Assembly: GCA_965242925.1 (NCBI GenBank)
Contig: CBDEUM010000014.1
Span: 352,001 to 416,000, forward strand
Direction: 5' to 3'
Source: Roseibacillus sp.
GTDB taxonomy: Bacteria; Verrucomicrobiota; Verrucomicrobiia; Verrucomicrobiales; Akkermansiaceae
Length of the DNA stretch: 64,000 nt
The notes beneath the pieces were generated by a model that saw only the letters and a list, made by a program, of their open reading frames with translations, did not search any database and had not been told where the DNA came from. Shown here in pieces: positions 31,325 to 45,166 of this stretch; positions within the stretch are counted from its first letter, which is position 1; every line of letters begins with the position of its first letter. Made by a program: the position numbers and the translations under genes.

Positions 31325-34300
31325 TTAGTCCATCCAGCGACCAAGGGCCGCGGTGAGGGATTCTGACTTATGGACCCTGAACTGCTCCCCACATTCAATG
31401 GTGGCTCGCCTCCCGGTTCCGCTCTGCAGGTGGAGCAGAACAGGTGTTTCCCCGGGATGAGATGCCAGCACGCTCTGGATCTCCTCGAGATCCTCCGCCT
31501 TGCTGCGCGAGACCCAGAGTGAGAGCTCCAGCGGGCCGCCGCCATTCTGGCCGTTACGACCCTGACGAAGCTTCAGCTCCTTCAGACTGCTCCCCATGAT
31601 CTTGCGACTCTCCGTCCGGTCATCGATCGAAACCTCTCCCTTCAAGGCGATGACCCTGCCCTCTTCCAGGATACCAGCATCCCGCGCCGGGATGTAGGAC
31701 TCCCCCCAGCAAAGCACCTCCTGGCTGCCCGTGAAGTCCTCGATGACAAGAATCCCGAAGGGTTTGCCCTTCCTGGTCACGCGCTGCTCGATTTTCCGGA
31801 TCATTCCGGCGAATGGGAAGCGTGCCCGCCGGTCACTCAGATCAAGGTCATCCAGCAGGCCAAGCTTGCAGAACCGATCCGAGCTCAGCAGGACACGATA
31901 TTTGTCAAGGGGGTGACCCGTCACGTAGTAGCCCAGCAGTTCCTTCTCCTTTTCCAGGCGTTCGTCCTTGGGCCACTCCGGGATTTCATGTCGCGGGGCC
32001 GGGGCTGCCAGTTCCTCGTCGCCAAAAAGTGCTTCCTGCCCGCTCTCCCTGTCGCGCTGCGCTGCCCCGGCTGCGGCGCAGACTTCCTCCAGTCGGTCAC
32101 ACATCCCGGCCCGTGTTTCGCGCGTCCAATCCATCGCCCCCGCCAGGACCAGGTTTTCCAGGATGCGCTTGTTGACCACCTTGGAGTCCTGCCGGTTGGC
32201 AAAATCATCCATCGCCCGGAAGGCTCCATTCCCCTCACGCTCCGCGATCGCCTGCGCCATGGCCCCCTCCCCCACATTCTTGATGGCAGCCAGTCCATAG
32301 CGGATGGCCATCTTGCCGCTGCGGATCTCCTCCGGAGCGAAGCGAAGCTGAGAACGGTTCACGTCGGGCGGCAGGATCTCGATATCCATGCGGTGACACT
32401 CGGAAACGAAGACGCCAATCTTGTCCGTGTTGCTGAACTCGTTCGAGAGGAGCCCCGCCATGAACTCGACCGGAAAATTCGCCTTCAGGTAGGCCGTCCA
32501 GTAGGAAATGTGTGCGTAGCAGGCCGAGTGCGACTTGTTGAACCCGTAGCCCGCAAAGCTCGCAATCTTGTCGAAGATCCGGTTGGCCAGGCTTTTGTCG
32601 ATGTTGTTCTCAGACTTGCATCCCTCCACAAAGACCACGCGCTGTTTATCCATCTCGGACTGCTTCTTCTTCCCCATCGCGCGGCGCAGAATGTCGGCTC
32701 CTCCCAGCGTGTAGCCGGCCAGAAGCTTGGCCGCATTCTGCACCTGCTCCTGGTAGATCATCACCCCGTAGGTGTCTCCGCACACCTGTTCAAGAAGCGG
32801 ATGTTCATACTTCACCTCCTTGCGACCTTCCTTCACCTCGATCATCTCGTTGATGAACTGCATGGCGCCGGGACGGTAAAGCGCAAGAAGGTCGATGATG
32901 TCGTCGATTCGCCGGATGCCGTAGCGTCGGCAGGTCTCTGTCATCCCGCCTGACTCAAGCTGGAAAACCCCCATCGTCTCTCCGCGATTGAGCAGGTCGA
33001 ACGTGGGTTGGTCATCGAGGGGAACCTTGTGAATCTCGAAGTCGGGATCCTGCCCCCGGATGAAATCCGTGGCCTCCTGGATCACCGTCAGGTTCTTGAG
33101 TCCGAGAAAGTCCATCTTGAGGAGTCCCACTTCCGTGATGGCCCCCATGTCATACTGGGTTACCACCTCCCCTTCGTTGCCCCGGCTGAGAGGAACGTGC
33201 TGATCCAGTGGACGGTCTCCGATCACCACTCCGGCGGCATGCACCCCGGTGTTGCGGGTCAGGCCTTCCAGCTTGATCGCGTAGTCCCATAGCTCACGAT
33301 AGGTACTACTGCTCTCGATGGTCTCCCGCAGTTCGGGCTTGTCCTCGAATTCCTCCTTCAGCTTCACCCCGGGACGGGCCTCGATCATCTTGGCAATCCG
33401 ATCGGCCTCCCCGTAGCTCACGCCCATCACCCTGGCCACGTCGCGAATCACACTCTTGGCCCCCATGCTGCCGTAGGTGATGATGTGCGAGACGCAGCGC
33501 TCTCCGTATTTTTGCCGCACATAGTCGATCACCTCCGGACGGCGGGTCTGACAGAAGTCGATATCGACATCGGGCGGGCTCACCCGCTCGGGATTGAGGA
33601 AGCGCTCGAACAGAAGTCCAAAGCGCTTCGGACAGATGTCCGTAATCCCGAGGGTATAGGCCACCAGCGAACCGGCCGCCGACCCCCGGCCCGGGCCCAC
33701 CGGGATGCCGTGCTCCTTGGCCCAGTTAATGAAGTCCGCCGTGATCAGAAAGTAGCTGTTGAAGCCCAGGTCGTTGATGGTCTTGATCTCGTATTCCAGG
33801 CGCTCCCGCAGTTCCTGGTCACTTTCCGCCCTCTCCTTCCCATAACGCTCCTCGAGACCCTCAAAGCACTGCTGGCGGATGTAGGCCTCCCGGCACATCC
33901 CTCCCGGCGCTTCAAAGTTGGGATACTTCTCCGAGCTGGTCGCATCCAGACTGAGCGTCACATTGCAGCGCTCTGCGATCTCAAGGGTGTTGTCGCAGGC
34001 TTCCGGGATATCCTGAAAAACCTCCCGCATCTCCTCCGCACTCTTGAAGTAGACCTCCGCCGGGTAGCGCATCCGTTTCTCATCAAAGACGAGCTTGCCC
34101 GTCCCGATGCAGATCATCACGTCGTGAGCCTCATGATCGTCCCGTGACAAAAAATGCACATCGTTGGCTGCCACCAGCCTGAGATCGAGCTCCCGGGCGA
34201 GTTTGATCAACTGGGGTTTGACCTCGTGCTGCGCTTCCAGGCCGTGGTCGTGAATCTCCACGTAGAGATTGTCGCGCCCGAAGATCTCGCGCAGCTCCTC

Positions 34301-34786
34301 CAGCATCTCACGCGCCTTGTCGGACTGCCGCTGCAGGAGCCATTCGTTGACCGGTCCGGCGATGCAGCCGCTCAGGCAGATAATCCCCTCGGCATGCGCT
34401 CGCAGCTCCTGCCGATCCACCCGCGGTTTTCCGTAATAGCTCCCCTCCAGGTGGCCCTTGGTGACGAGCTGGACGAGGTTTTCCCAGCCCGTATTGTTCT
34501 CGGCGAGGAGAGTGAGATGGGTGGCGCGCCGACGGCCGGGAATCTCCTGCCTGTGCTCCATGGACTCCGGGGCAAGATAGATTTCGCACCCCAGGATCGG
34601 TTTTACCCCCTTCTCGCGTACCGCCTCGTAGAATTCGATCGCACCATAGAGATTCCCATGGTCCGTCATTGCCACCGCCGGCATTCCCAACTCCGCCGCC
34701 CTTGCCGCGACCTCCTTGCAGCGCACCGCGCCATCCAGCGTCGAATACTCGGTGTGCAGGTGAAGGTGGACAAACGACCCGGTCAT
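31325..34786 (-). CDS. dnaE: DNA polymerase III alpha subunit
   Basis: PHP HLHLHTEYS, GPGRGSAAGS, PDVDIDF and YGFNKSHS motifs. Confidence 0.99.
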   Translation of the reverse strand: MTGSFVHLHLHTEYSTLDGAVRCKEVAARAAELGMPAVAMTDHGNLYGAIEFYEAVREKGVKPILGCEIYLAPESMEHRQEIPGRRRATHLTLLAENNTGWENLVQLVTKGHLEGSYYGKPRVDRQELRAHAEGIICLSGCIAGPVNEWLLQRQSDKAREMLEELREIFGRDNLYVEIHDHGLEAQHEVKPQLIKLARELDLRLVAANDVHFLSRDDHEAHDVMICIGTGKLVFDEKRMRYPAEVYFKSAEEMREVFQDIPEACDNTLEIAERCNVTLSLDATSSEKYPNFEAPGGMCREAYIRQQCFEGLEERYGKERAESDQELRERLEYEIKTINDLGFNSYFLITADFINWAKEHGIPVGPGRGSAAGSLVAYTLGITDICPKRFGLLFERFLNPERVSPPDVDIDFCQTRRPEVIDYVRQKYGERCVSHIITYGSMGAKSVIRDVARVMGVSYGEADRIAKMIEARPGVKLKEEFEDKPELRETIESSSTYRELWDYAIKLEGLTRNTGVHAAGVVIGDRPLDQHVPLSRGNEGEVVTQYDMGAITEVGLLKMDFLGLKNLTVIQEATDFIRGQDPDFEIHKVPLDDQPTFDLLNRGETMGVFQLESGGMTETCRRYGIRRIDDIIDLLALYRPGAMQFINEMIEVKEGRKEVKYEHPLLEQVCGDTYGVMIYQEQVQNAAKLLAGYTLGGADILRRAMGKKKQSEMDKQRVVFVEGCKSENNIDKSLANRIFDKIASFAGYGFNKSHSACYAHISYWTAYLKANFPVEFMAGLLSNEFSNTDKIGVFVSECHRMDIEILPPDVNRSQLRFAPEEIRSGKMAIRYGLAAIKNVGEGAMAQAIAEREGNGAFRAMDDFANRQDSKVVNKRILENLVLAGAMDWTRETRAGMCDRLEEVCAAAGAAQRDRESGQEALFGDEELAAPAPRHEIPEWPKDERLEKEKELLGYYVTGHPLDKYRVLLSSDRFCKLGLLDDLDLSDRRARFPFAGMIRKIEQRVTRKGKPFGILVIEDFTGSQEVLCWGESYIPARDAGILEEGRVIALKGEVSIDDRTESRKIMGSSLKELKLRQGRNGQNGGGPLELSLWVSRSKAEDLEEIQSVLASHPGETPVLLHLQSGTGRRATIECGEQFRVHKSESLTAALGRWMD

Positions 34787-35036
34787 ATCATGCGCTCTTT
34801 CTCCAGCATAGCTCCACCCCCGACCCTCGCAATTCCGAAGCGTCCCGCCGGCGAAGATTTCATTTTAGAATTTCGCAGGAGGGTTTGCTTGGAATCCTTG
34901 AAAGTCATGGCATCGGATCCCCCCGATTGCGTTTATCATTCTGAAGAGCCTGTGCTACCAATGCTCAGTAGATCGGAGTCGTTTCCTCCGTATTATTAGC
35001 TGGCCCTCGCGCCGGGCAACCTCACCATCAGCGATC

Positions 35037-35801
35037 ATGCAGACCTCCTTCTTCCGCTTCCTGGCCGTCCTCCTGCTCCTTGCCTGGATGGCCCCGCCCG
35101 CCCCTGCCGACGACAAGGAGGAGGACGCCACAGAGGAGAAAAAAGGGGAGGCCACGGAAGAGAAGAGCGATCCCGCGGAGTTCCGCACCTTCACCTCCGC
35201 CCGGGGCGACAAGACTCTCAAGCTGAAGGTCGTCGCCCGCATCGACGACGAGACCTACAAGGTCGAGAACCCCGAGGGAAAGGTCTTCAACATCAAGACC
35301 GCCAACCTCAGTCGCTCCGACCAGCGATTCCTCGATTTCTGGGAGCCCGATGCCATCTTGAACCTCAAGACCGCCAAGCTGCCCAACGTTCTCGACCAGA
35401 TGGGATACAGCACCCTCGATCTCACAGTGGTGGAAAGCACCTTCTTCGTCAATGTGACTGTTGATGGGAAAAGCGGCAAATTCCTGCTCGATCCCAGCCG
35501 CGGCTGGTCCACTTTCGACCCTGCCGCTGCCAAGGATATCGGCATGACCCTCGGCGAGGGCCGCATCAACTTCACCGACAACACGGGGAAAACCAGCCGC
35601 TCCAAGCGTGGCGCAGTGAAAGAGTTCAAAGCTGGTCAGGTTACCGTCACGGCCCACGAGTTCGAGGTCATCGAAGTGGCCAAGATGTTCCGCGCTGTTC
35701 CGGCTAACACCATCGGCGCGATCGGAGGAGACCTCCTCAAGCGCCTCAACGCCCTGGTCGACTTCGGGGGCAAGCGTCTCTTCGTGAGGAAGGATCAGTA
35801 G
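35037..35801 (+). CDS. Secreted SHD1-like + retropepsin-fold protein
   Basis: Signal peptide; RTFTSARG...NLSRSDQ (SHD1-like); VNVTVDGKSGKFLLDPS...GAIGGDLL...VDF (aspartyl-protease fold). Confidence 0.65.
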   Translation: MQTSFFRFLAVLLLLAWMAPPAPADDKEEDATEEKKGEATEEKSDPAEFRTFTSARGDKTLKLKVVARIDDETYKVENPEGKVFNIKTANLSRSDQRFLDFWEPDAILNLKTAKLPNVLDQMGYSTLDLTVVESTFFVNVTVDGKSGKFLLDPSRGWSTFDPAAAKDIGMTLGEGRINFTDNTGKTSRSKRGAVKEFKAGQVTVTAHEFEVIEVAKMFRAVPANTIGAIGGDLLKRLNALVDFGGKRLFVRKDQ

Positions 35802-35985
35802 CTCGGGGGACCGCCTGCACCTGCCCCCCGGGTCACCATTCCCACGAGGCGGCCGCGCTGCGGTGTAACCGGCGGGCATGAAGGCACGTCGAACAAAGCA
35901 GCGGCCTTCCCAGTCCCACCCTGCGAGACGTTGCTCGCCTGAAGCGCCCTCCAAACCGCCTCCTGCACTCTTTTCCCGGTCCCCG

Positions 35986-39466
<3,481 letters not shown>

Positions 39467-39506
39467 CCACGGCTCCCCCCACTTCTGAACCGGTATTCTT
39501 CTGAGG

Positions 39507-39537
39507 GCCGGGCCTGCGTTCTGCGGGCCCGGCTTTT
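39507..39537 (+). terminator. Rho-independent terminator after glnB
   Basis: GCCGGGCCTGCG-TTC-TGCGGGCCCGGC followed by TTTT. Confidence 0.75.
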
Positions 39538-40040
39538 GCTTCGCTCCAGTCCAGGTTTCCCTCTCCTTCCCGCCGGGGGGAGCGGCGAACCCGATCGAGG
39601 CCCCCTTGGGCCTGAATCACCGAGTGGAGATTAATTCGCCCCTCGTGTTCAGGGTCGGAGGCTTTTTCCCCGTTTGCCTCGATCGTGATACCGGCTGGCT
39701 GCCCGGGCGCTGGCGATCAGGCCGGCAAAGGCGGCCGTGGCCAGAACGGGCCGCAGGACCCGGCTCAAGGAAGACCGGTCGTAGCGTTCATTTTCGTTTC
39801 AGGGTCAGTGGTTGTAATTCACGTCCGCGCCTCAGGCGGTCTTCTCTCTTTCAATCGGAGCGCCTGCTCCCGGTTTCCAGAATAGCGAAAGAAAGTCCCC
39901 ATTTGAGTTCCCTTGGAAAAGGGAACTCTTCCTGTTGGTCCTCGCCATGATAGAAGAATCCCTTTCGCTCCCTGGAATTCTTTTAGCCCTCTTTGACAAT
40001 CAGATTACAAAGAAATCATCAGCTCCCGGTTCACACAGGC

Positions 40041-41282
40041 ATGAAAATCATGAATATATCAATCCCCCTCAGCATCGTTCTGCTCACCACGCCCCTCCTG
40101 GGACAGCAAGTTCCCTTCGCGGCCAGGGCCAACAACGGATTTGGCCTCGATCTCTACCGTGAGATGGCGGCCAGGGAAGGCAATCTCTGTCTCTCCCCGT
40201 TCTCCATCGTGACTGCTCTTGGCATGACAGGCAACGGGGCCGCGGGTGACACGCTCACCGAGATGGAAAAGGCCCTCCATTGCCCGGGAAAATTGTCTCA
40301 ACTCAGCGCTTCCCTGTCCATTCTCCTCGAGGACTTCGGGAAACGGAAGGAACAGGCCGCGGCCTTGGCCGGAAAAACCCCGGCCAGAAAGAATGGAGAA
40401 CCTTCCTTTGACCTCACGGTCACAAACTCCCTCTTTGGACAGAAGGGCTATCCGTTCCGGAAGGAATTCCTCACCACCTTGGAAAAGCTCTACCGGGCTC
40501 CCCTCCAGTTCGCTGACTTCAGGAACGATGCTGCAAGGGAGAGAGCAAGGATCAACCAATGGGTCTCCGACCGGACAAACGATAAGATCCAGGAGCTCCT
40601 GCCGGAAGGATCGCTGGACAGTTCGACCGGTCTCGTCCTGGTCAACGCCCTCTACTTCAGGGCCGGATGGCGTTATGCCTTCCCGAAATCCGCCACCACC
40701 CCCGCTCTCTTCCACCTCGCCCCGGGCAGGGCCATCGAAACGCCAACCATGCACACCACCAAAAGGTTCGGATATTCCAAGGAAGACGGTTACACCGCAG
40801 TCAGCCTGCCCTACTCGCAGAACTTTGCCATGCTCGCCCTCCTTCCCGACGAGATTGACGGCTTGCCTGCTCTTGAGAAGACCCTAAGCGCCGAGAAGCT
40901 AACCGCTCTCAGCCGCCTGCCCTCGCGCATGGTCGCCCTTCATCTTCCGAAATTCCGGATCGAGGGTGCCCCCGTTGCGCTCAAGAATCCGCTCCGCAAA
41001 CTCGGCATGAACCTGGCCTTCACACGAGGCGCCAACTTCAGCCTGATGACTTCTGATCCCCGCGGACTCTCCATTGACGATATCTATCATAAGACCTTCA
41101 TCGCAGTAGACGAAAAGGGAACCGAGGCGGCCGCCGCTACCGCGGTCGTCATGACATTCCGCTCCCTGCCCCGTCCCGAAAAGCCCGTCGAGGTCCGTCT
41201 CGACCGACCCTTCCTCTACGCCATCGTGGACACCCGCACCCAGACCGCCCTGTTCCTCGGGCGGATTGTGGACCCTCGTTGA
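40041..41282 (+). CDS. Serpin, secreted
   Basis: NLCLSPFS, LVNALYF, VDEKGTEAAAAT hinge and DRPFLY...LFLGRIVDP motifs. Confidence 0.96.
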   Translation: MKIMNISIPLSIVLLTTPLLGQQVPFAARANNGFGLDLYREMAAREGNLCLSPFSIVTALGMTGNGAAGDTLTEMEKALHCPGKLSQLSASLSILLEDFGKRKEQAAALAGKTPARKNGEPSFDLTVTNSLFGQKGYPFRKEFLTTLEKLYRAPLQFADFRNDAARERARINQWVSDRTNDKIQELLPEGSLDSSTGLVLVNALYFRAGWRYAFPKSATTPALFHLAPGRAIETPTMHTTKRFGYSKEDGYTAVSLPYSQNFAMLALLPDEIDGLPALEKTLSAEKLTALSRLPSRMVALHLPKFRIEGAPVALKNPLRKLGMNLAFTRGANFSLMTSDPRGLSIDDIYHKTFIAVDEKGTEAAAATAVVMTFRSLPRPEKPVEVRLDRPFLYAIVDTRTQTALFLGRIVDPR

Positions 41283-41300
41283 ATCAAAAGCGGAGGCCCC

Positions 41301-42875
41301 TCACGGCACAATCACCACCCGGTCCCCGGGTTTGGTGATCTTCCAGAGCTCGGAGGCATTGCCACGAGGCACCCGGAGACAGCCGTGGGACGCCGGATAG
41401 TCCGGGCAGTAGCCTTCGTGAAATCCGATCGCACCGCAACTGAGTCGCTGGAAATAGGGCATCCGGATGCCCTTGTAGATGTTGGAGACATGATGACGGT
41501 TCTTGTTGGTGATAACAAACTCTCCCACCTCGGTGCGGTAGCCCTTCCTGCCGGTGGACACTCTCGTGGAAAACAATTCCTTGTTGTCCTTGTCGTAAAC
41601 CCAGGCCTTCTGCTCGGAAAGATCCACCTTGAGCCAGCGTTCCTCGTTCCCTGGGTCCACTCCCAGCAGCAGTTGCATCATCTTCACGTCATTACGGCGG
41701 GAAGCGAACCCAATCGGGTAGTAGGACTTGCCACTGGTCCAGATAAAGCGCTTGGCCCCATGCTCCATGAGAAGCTTGGCCAGTTCCAGGTTGCCGCAGT
41801 CCGCGGCCGCCATCAGGGGCGTCACCCGCGAATCGTATTTCAGGTGAGTCTTGAGATACCCCACCGGACGTACCCGCGCGAGGAAGTCGCCGGTTGCCGG
41901 ACGGGAGAAGGATGCATTTGGATCCGCCCCCGCTTCGAGGAGAAGCCTGCACAGATCCAACCGATTCATGGCCACCGCAAGATGCAGCGCACTCTGCCCC
42001 TCCCGTCCGCGCCTGCCCAGCCCTGCCGCCTGCATGGATCTTGATTGAAGAAGGTGCTCCACGAGTTCGACCTGCCCCTCACGCACCGCCGCCACCAGGA
42101 CAGGATCCTTCGACCCGGGCTCAGACCGAACTCCCTCTCCCACAAGAAAGCGGAAGACCTCGCGATCTCCTTCCACCACCGCATTGTAGAGCGCCGCCCC
42201 GGCCTTGCCTCCATGCCGCAGGAGAACCCCGGTTCGCTCAAAGTCGCGGGCCGCCAGCAGAACCTGAACCGCCGTCCGACCGTCGGGCCCTCTCTGGTTG
42301 GGATCGGCCCCGCCCTTGATGAGGAGTTCGAGCTCAGCGGGGGATGATTCCAGGGCCAGGGCGAGATCGAGGGACGTCCGTTCGCCCGCCCCCTTCACCC
42401 GGGGGTCCGCCCCGTGCGCCAACAAGATCTTCATCGCCCCCAGGTCGCCACGCTGCAGGGCCAGTTGCAGGGGATTCCAGCCACTGCCATGCCTCTCGGT
42501 GGGTGAGCCTCCTGCCGCCAGAAGTTTGGAAAGGATCTCGCTCCGGCCCTCCAAAATGGCTACGTGCAGGGCCGACTCACTTCGTCTCACGCGGGCAGGC
42601 CGATACAGCCATCCGCCGTGCAGGGACAACATCAGGGAGCGTGGCTCATTTTCCTCGTTGCTCCTGAGATTCGTTCCGGTCTGCAGGAGCAGGGAGCGGA
42701 TTTCCTCCGCTCCACCCCGCACCGCCTCCAGGAGGGTGGGAGACGCGACCGGAATGGCCTTCCGCGAGGAGCCGGATCCCGTGGACGTTCCCTCATCACG
42801 CCCAATACCGGGCAGGAAGGCCGTCGTGGAGACGGCCAGGACACATAAGACCAGATTGAGGGCCGCTTGACGCAT
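41301..42875 (-). CDS. Ankyrin-repeat L,D-transpeptidase (YkuD) fusion
   Basis: Multiple ankyrin repeats (SALHVA, NPLQLA, TPLMAA); C-terminal VDLSEQ...VSTGR...HEG...ASHGCLRV. Confidence 0.92.
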   Translation of the reverse strand: MRQAALNLVLCVLAVSTTAFLPGIGRDEGTSTGSGSSRKAIPVASPTLLEAVRGGAEEIRSLLLQTGTNLRSNEENEPRSLMLSLHGGWLYRPARVRRSESALHVAILEGRSEILSKLLAAGGSPTERHGSGWNPLQLALQRGDLGAMKILLAHGADPRVKGAGERTSLDLALALESSPAELELLIKGGADPNQRGPDGRTAVQVLLAARDFERTGVLLRHGGKAGAALYNAVVEGDREVFRFLVGEGVRSEPGSKDPVLVAAVREGQVELVEHLLQSRSMQAAGLGRRGREGQSALHLAVAMNRLDLCRLLLEAGADPNASFSRPATGDFLARVRPVGYLKTHLKYDSRVTPLMAAADCGNLELAKLLMEHGAKRFIWTSGKSYYPIGFASRRNDVKMMQLLLGVDPGNEERWLKVDLSEQKAWVYDKDNKELFSTRVSTGRKGYRTEVGEFVITNKNRHHVSNIYKGIRMPYFQRLSCGAIGFHEGYCPDYPASHGCLRVPRGNASELWKITKPGDRVVIVP

Positions 42876-43040
42876 TTAATTTACCCGGACGGGAGAAAGC
42901 CGTGCCTATCCTAAACCCTCGTTCCGCTCCCTGGCAACATCCCGCCTTTTCATTAACTTACCCTGGAAGGCAGGGCAGGTTTCATAAGACCCATAGACCA
43001 TGCCCAGGTCGCCCTCCAGTAACTCCCGGCGACACAACCG

Positions 43041-44273
43041 CTACCCAAGCACCTTCGCGACACGGGCGCAGACCTCCTCCACATTCTCCCGCGAGTTAAA
43101 GGCGGAAATTCGGAAGTAGCCCTCGCCCGCAGCCCCGAAACCAGCCCCCGGAGTCACCACCACCTGGGCGTCCTGTAGCATCCTGTCAAACATCCCCCAG
43201 CTGTCCATGCCCTCCGGACACCGCACCCAGACGTAAGGTGAGTGCTCTCCTCCGTACACTGCCAGGCCGCACTTCTCGCAGGCCTCCTTCAGTAACGCGG
43301 CGTTTCCCATGTAATGCTCCACCAGCTTCCTGATCTGGGTTTTGCCCTCCACTGAGAAAAGAGCCTCCGCTGCCCGCTGGATTGGGTAGCTCACCCCGTT
43401 GAACTTGGTCGAGTGCCGACGTGCCCACAATCCGTGCAACGTCACCCGCTCTCCATCTGCAGTCGAACCGGTGAGCTCCTTCGGGATCACGATGAAGGCG
43501 CAACGGGTCCCGGTAAACCCACCATTTTTGGAGAAGGAACGGAATTCGATCGCGCACTCGCGCGCTCCCTCGATCTCGTAAATCGAGCGCGGCAACCCGG
43601 CGTCCTGGATGTAGGCCTCGTAAGCCGCGTCATAAAGAATGACGGCATCGTTCGCGCGCGCATAGTCGACCCACTTCTGCAGCTGCTCCCCGGTCGCCAC
43701 CGTCCCCGTCGGGTTATTAGGATAGCACAGGTAGATGAGATCCACCTTTTCCTCCGGAAGGGCAGGGGTAAAATCATTCTCAGCCGTGCAGGGCAGGTAG
43801 ACCAGCCCTGCAAACTGTCCCCTTTCGTCGCCCTCCCCAGTGTTGCCTGCCATCACATTGGTATCCACGTAAACCGGGTAGACCGGATCGGTAATCGCAA
43901 TCTTCTGCCCACCTCCGAAGATATCGAGGATGTTGCCCGTGTCACATTTTGAGCCGTCCGAGACGAAAATCTCATCCGCATCAACTCCCAATCCTGCATA
44001 CGCATTCTCTGCCACGGCCTTCCGCAGGAACTCGTAGCCCTGCTCCGGCCCATATCCACGGAAGCTCTCCCGTTGACCCAGCTCATCCACCGCCTGCTTC
44101 ATGGCAGTGCGCGCCGCCAGAGGCAGCGGTTCGGTCACATCCCCGATTCCACAACGAATCAGACGCGTGGCCTTCTCCGGCTCCGCGTCCGAAAAGGCGT
44201 TCACCCGCCGGGCGATCTCCGGGAAGAGATAACCCGCCTTAAGTTTCAGAAAGTTTTCGTTGATTCGAGCCAT
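43041..44273 (-). CDS. dapL: LL-diaminopimelate aminotransferase
   Basis: [29 protein letters not shown] and [13 protein letters not shown] motifs. Confidence 0.97.
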   Translation of the reverse strand: MARINENFLKLKAGYLFPEIARRVNAFSDAEPEKATRLIRCGIGDVTEPLPLAARTAMKQAVDELGQRESFRGYGPEQGYEFLRKAVAENAYAGLGVDADEIFVSDGSKCDTGNILDIFGGGQKIAITDPVYPVYVDTNVMAGNTGEGDERGQFAGLVYLPCTAENDFTPALPEEKVDLIYLCYPNNPTGTVATGEQLQKWVDYARANDAVILYDAAYEAYIQDAGLPRSIYEIEGARECAIEFRSFSKNGGFTGTRCAFIVIPKELTGSTADGERVTLHGLWARRHSTKFNGVSYPIQRAAEALFSVEGKTQIRKLVEHYMGNAALLKEACEKCGLAVYGGEHSPYVWVRCPEGMDSWGMFDRMLQDAQVVVTPGAGFGAAGEGYFRISAFNSRENVEEVCARVAKVLG

Positions 44274-44352
44274 GGCGGGCACCCTGTAGCGGGCTTCCCG
44301 CCAACTCGCAAGCGTTGGAGTTCCATCTCCACGTTTAACAGGGGAAAGCCAG

Positions 44353-44376
44353 CAGCCGGACCCGCAGGTCCGGCTG
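44353..44376 (-). terminator. Hairpin downstream of sod (possible terminator)
   Basis: CAGCCGGACC-CGCA-GGTCCGGCTG, a perfect 10-bp stem; weak U tract. Confidence 0.5.
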
Positions 44377-44405
44377 AGTCAAAACGGCTACCCCGGGAGC
44401 GGAGG

Positions 44406-45035
44406 CTATTCCGCAACCTTCTGCAAACTGGCCGCCACCGTGTCCCAGTTGATGATGTTGAAGAAGGCTGCCACGTAGTCGGGCCTGCGATTCTGGTAGT
44501 TCAGGTAGTAGGCGTGCTCCCAGACATCGAGCCCCAGAATGGGCGCACCGCAGCCGCAGCCGGAGATTTCGCCCATCATCGGGTTGTCCTGGTTGGCGGT
44601 CGAACACACACTGAGCTTCCCGCCTTTATCCGCGCAAAGCCAGGCCCACCCCGATCCGAACCGGGTCATGGCCGCCTTGGTAAAGGCCTCCTTGAACCCG
44701 TCCAGGGATCCGAAAGCGGCGTTGATCCCGTCCGCCACTTCACTCCCCGGCTCACTGGCGCCACCCGGCTTGATGCAGTTCCAGAAGTAGCTGTGATTGA
44801 AATGACCTCCCCCGTTGTTGCGCACCGCACCCCGGATGCCCTCCGGAACATCTCCCACCTGCATCACCAGCTCACAGATGGACTTGTCGGCAAAATCCGT
44901 TCCTTCAATTGCGGCGTTCAGATTAGTGACGTAGGCGTTGTGGTGTTTGCTGTGATGGATCTCCATCGTCCGCGCATCGATATGCGGTTCGAGTGCATCG
45001 TAAGCGTATCCAAGATCAGGAAGTTCGTAAGCCAT
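44406..45035 (-). CDS. sodA: Superoxide dismutase (Mn-type signature)
   Basis: [21 protein letters not shown] and DVWEHAYY motifs. Confidence 0.93.
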   Translation of the reverse strand: MAYELPDLGYAYDALEPHIDARTMEIHHSKHHNAYVTNLNAAIEGTDFADKSICELVMQVGDVPEGIRGAVRNNGGGHFNHSYFWNCIKPGGASEPGSEVADGINAAFGSLDGFKEAFTKAAMTRFGSGWAWLCADKGGKLSVCSTANQDNPMMGEISGCGCGAPILGLDVWEHAYYLNYQNRRPDYVAAFFNIINWDTVAASLQKVAE

Positions 45036-45166
45036 AGGAATAGTGTGTGGATAGATGTTAATATGTTTGCTTTGCGTGTTTGCGAGAGTTGCGGCTATAA
45101 GCAAGGGTTGGCAACTGCTTCCGTAGGAAACCAGCTTCAACCCAATCTGCAAGGGTAACCTTCACT

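Noticed and set aside
31325..34786. Possible intein or split in dnaE
   Set aside because: Normal length (1153 aa) with continuous motifs.
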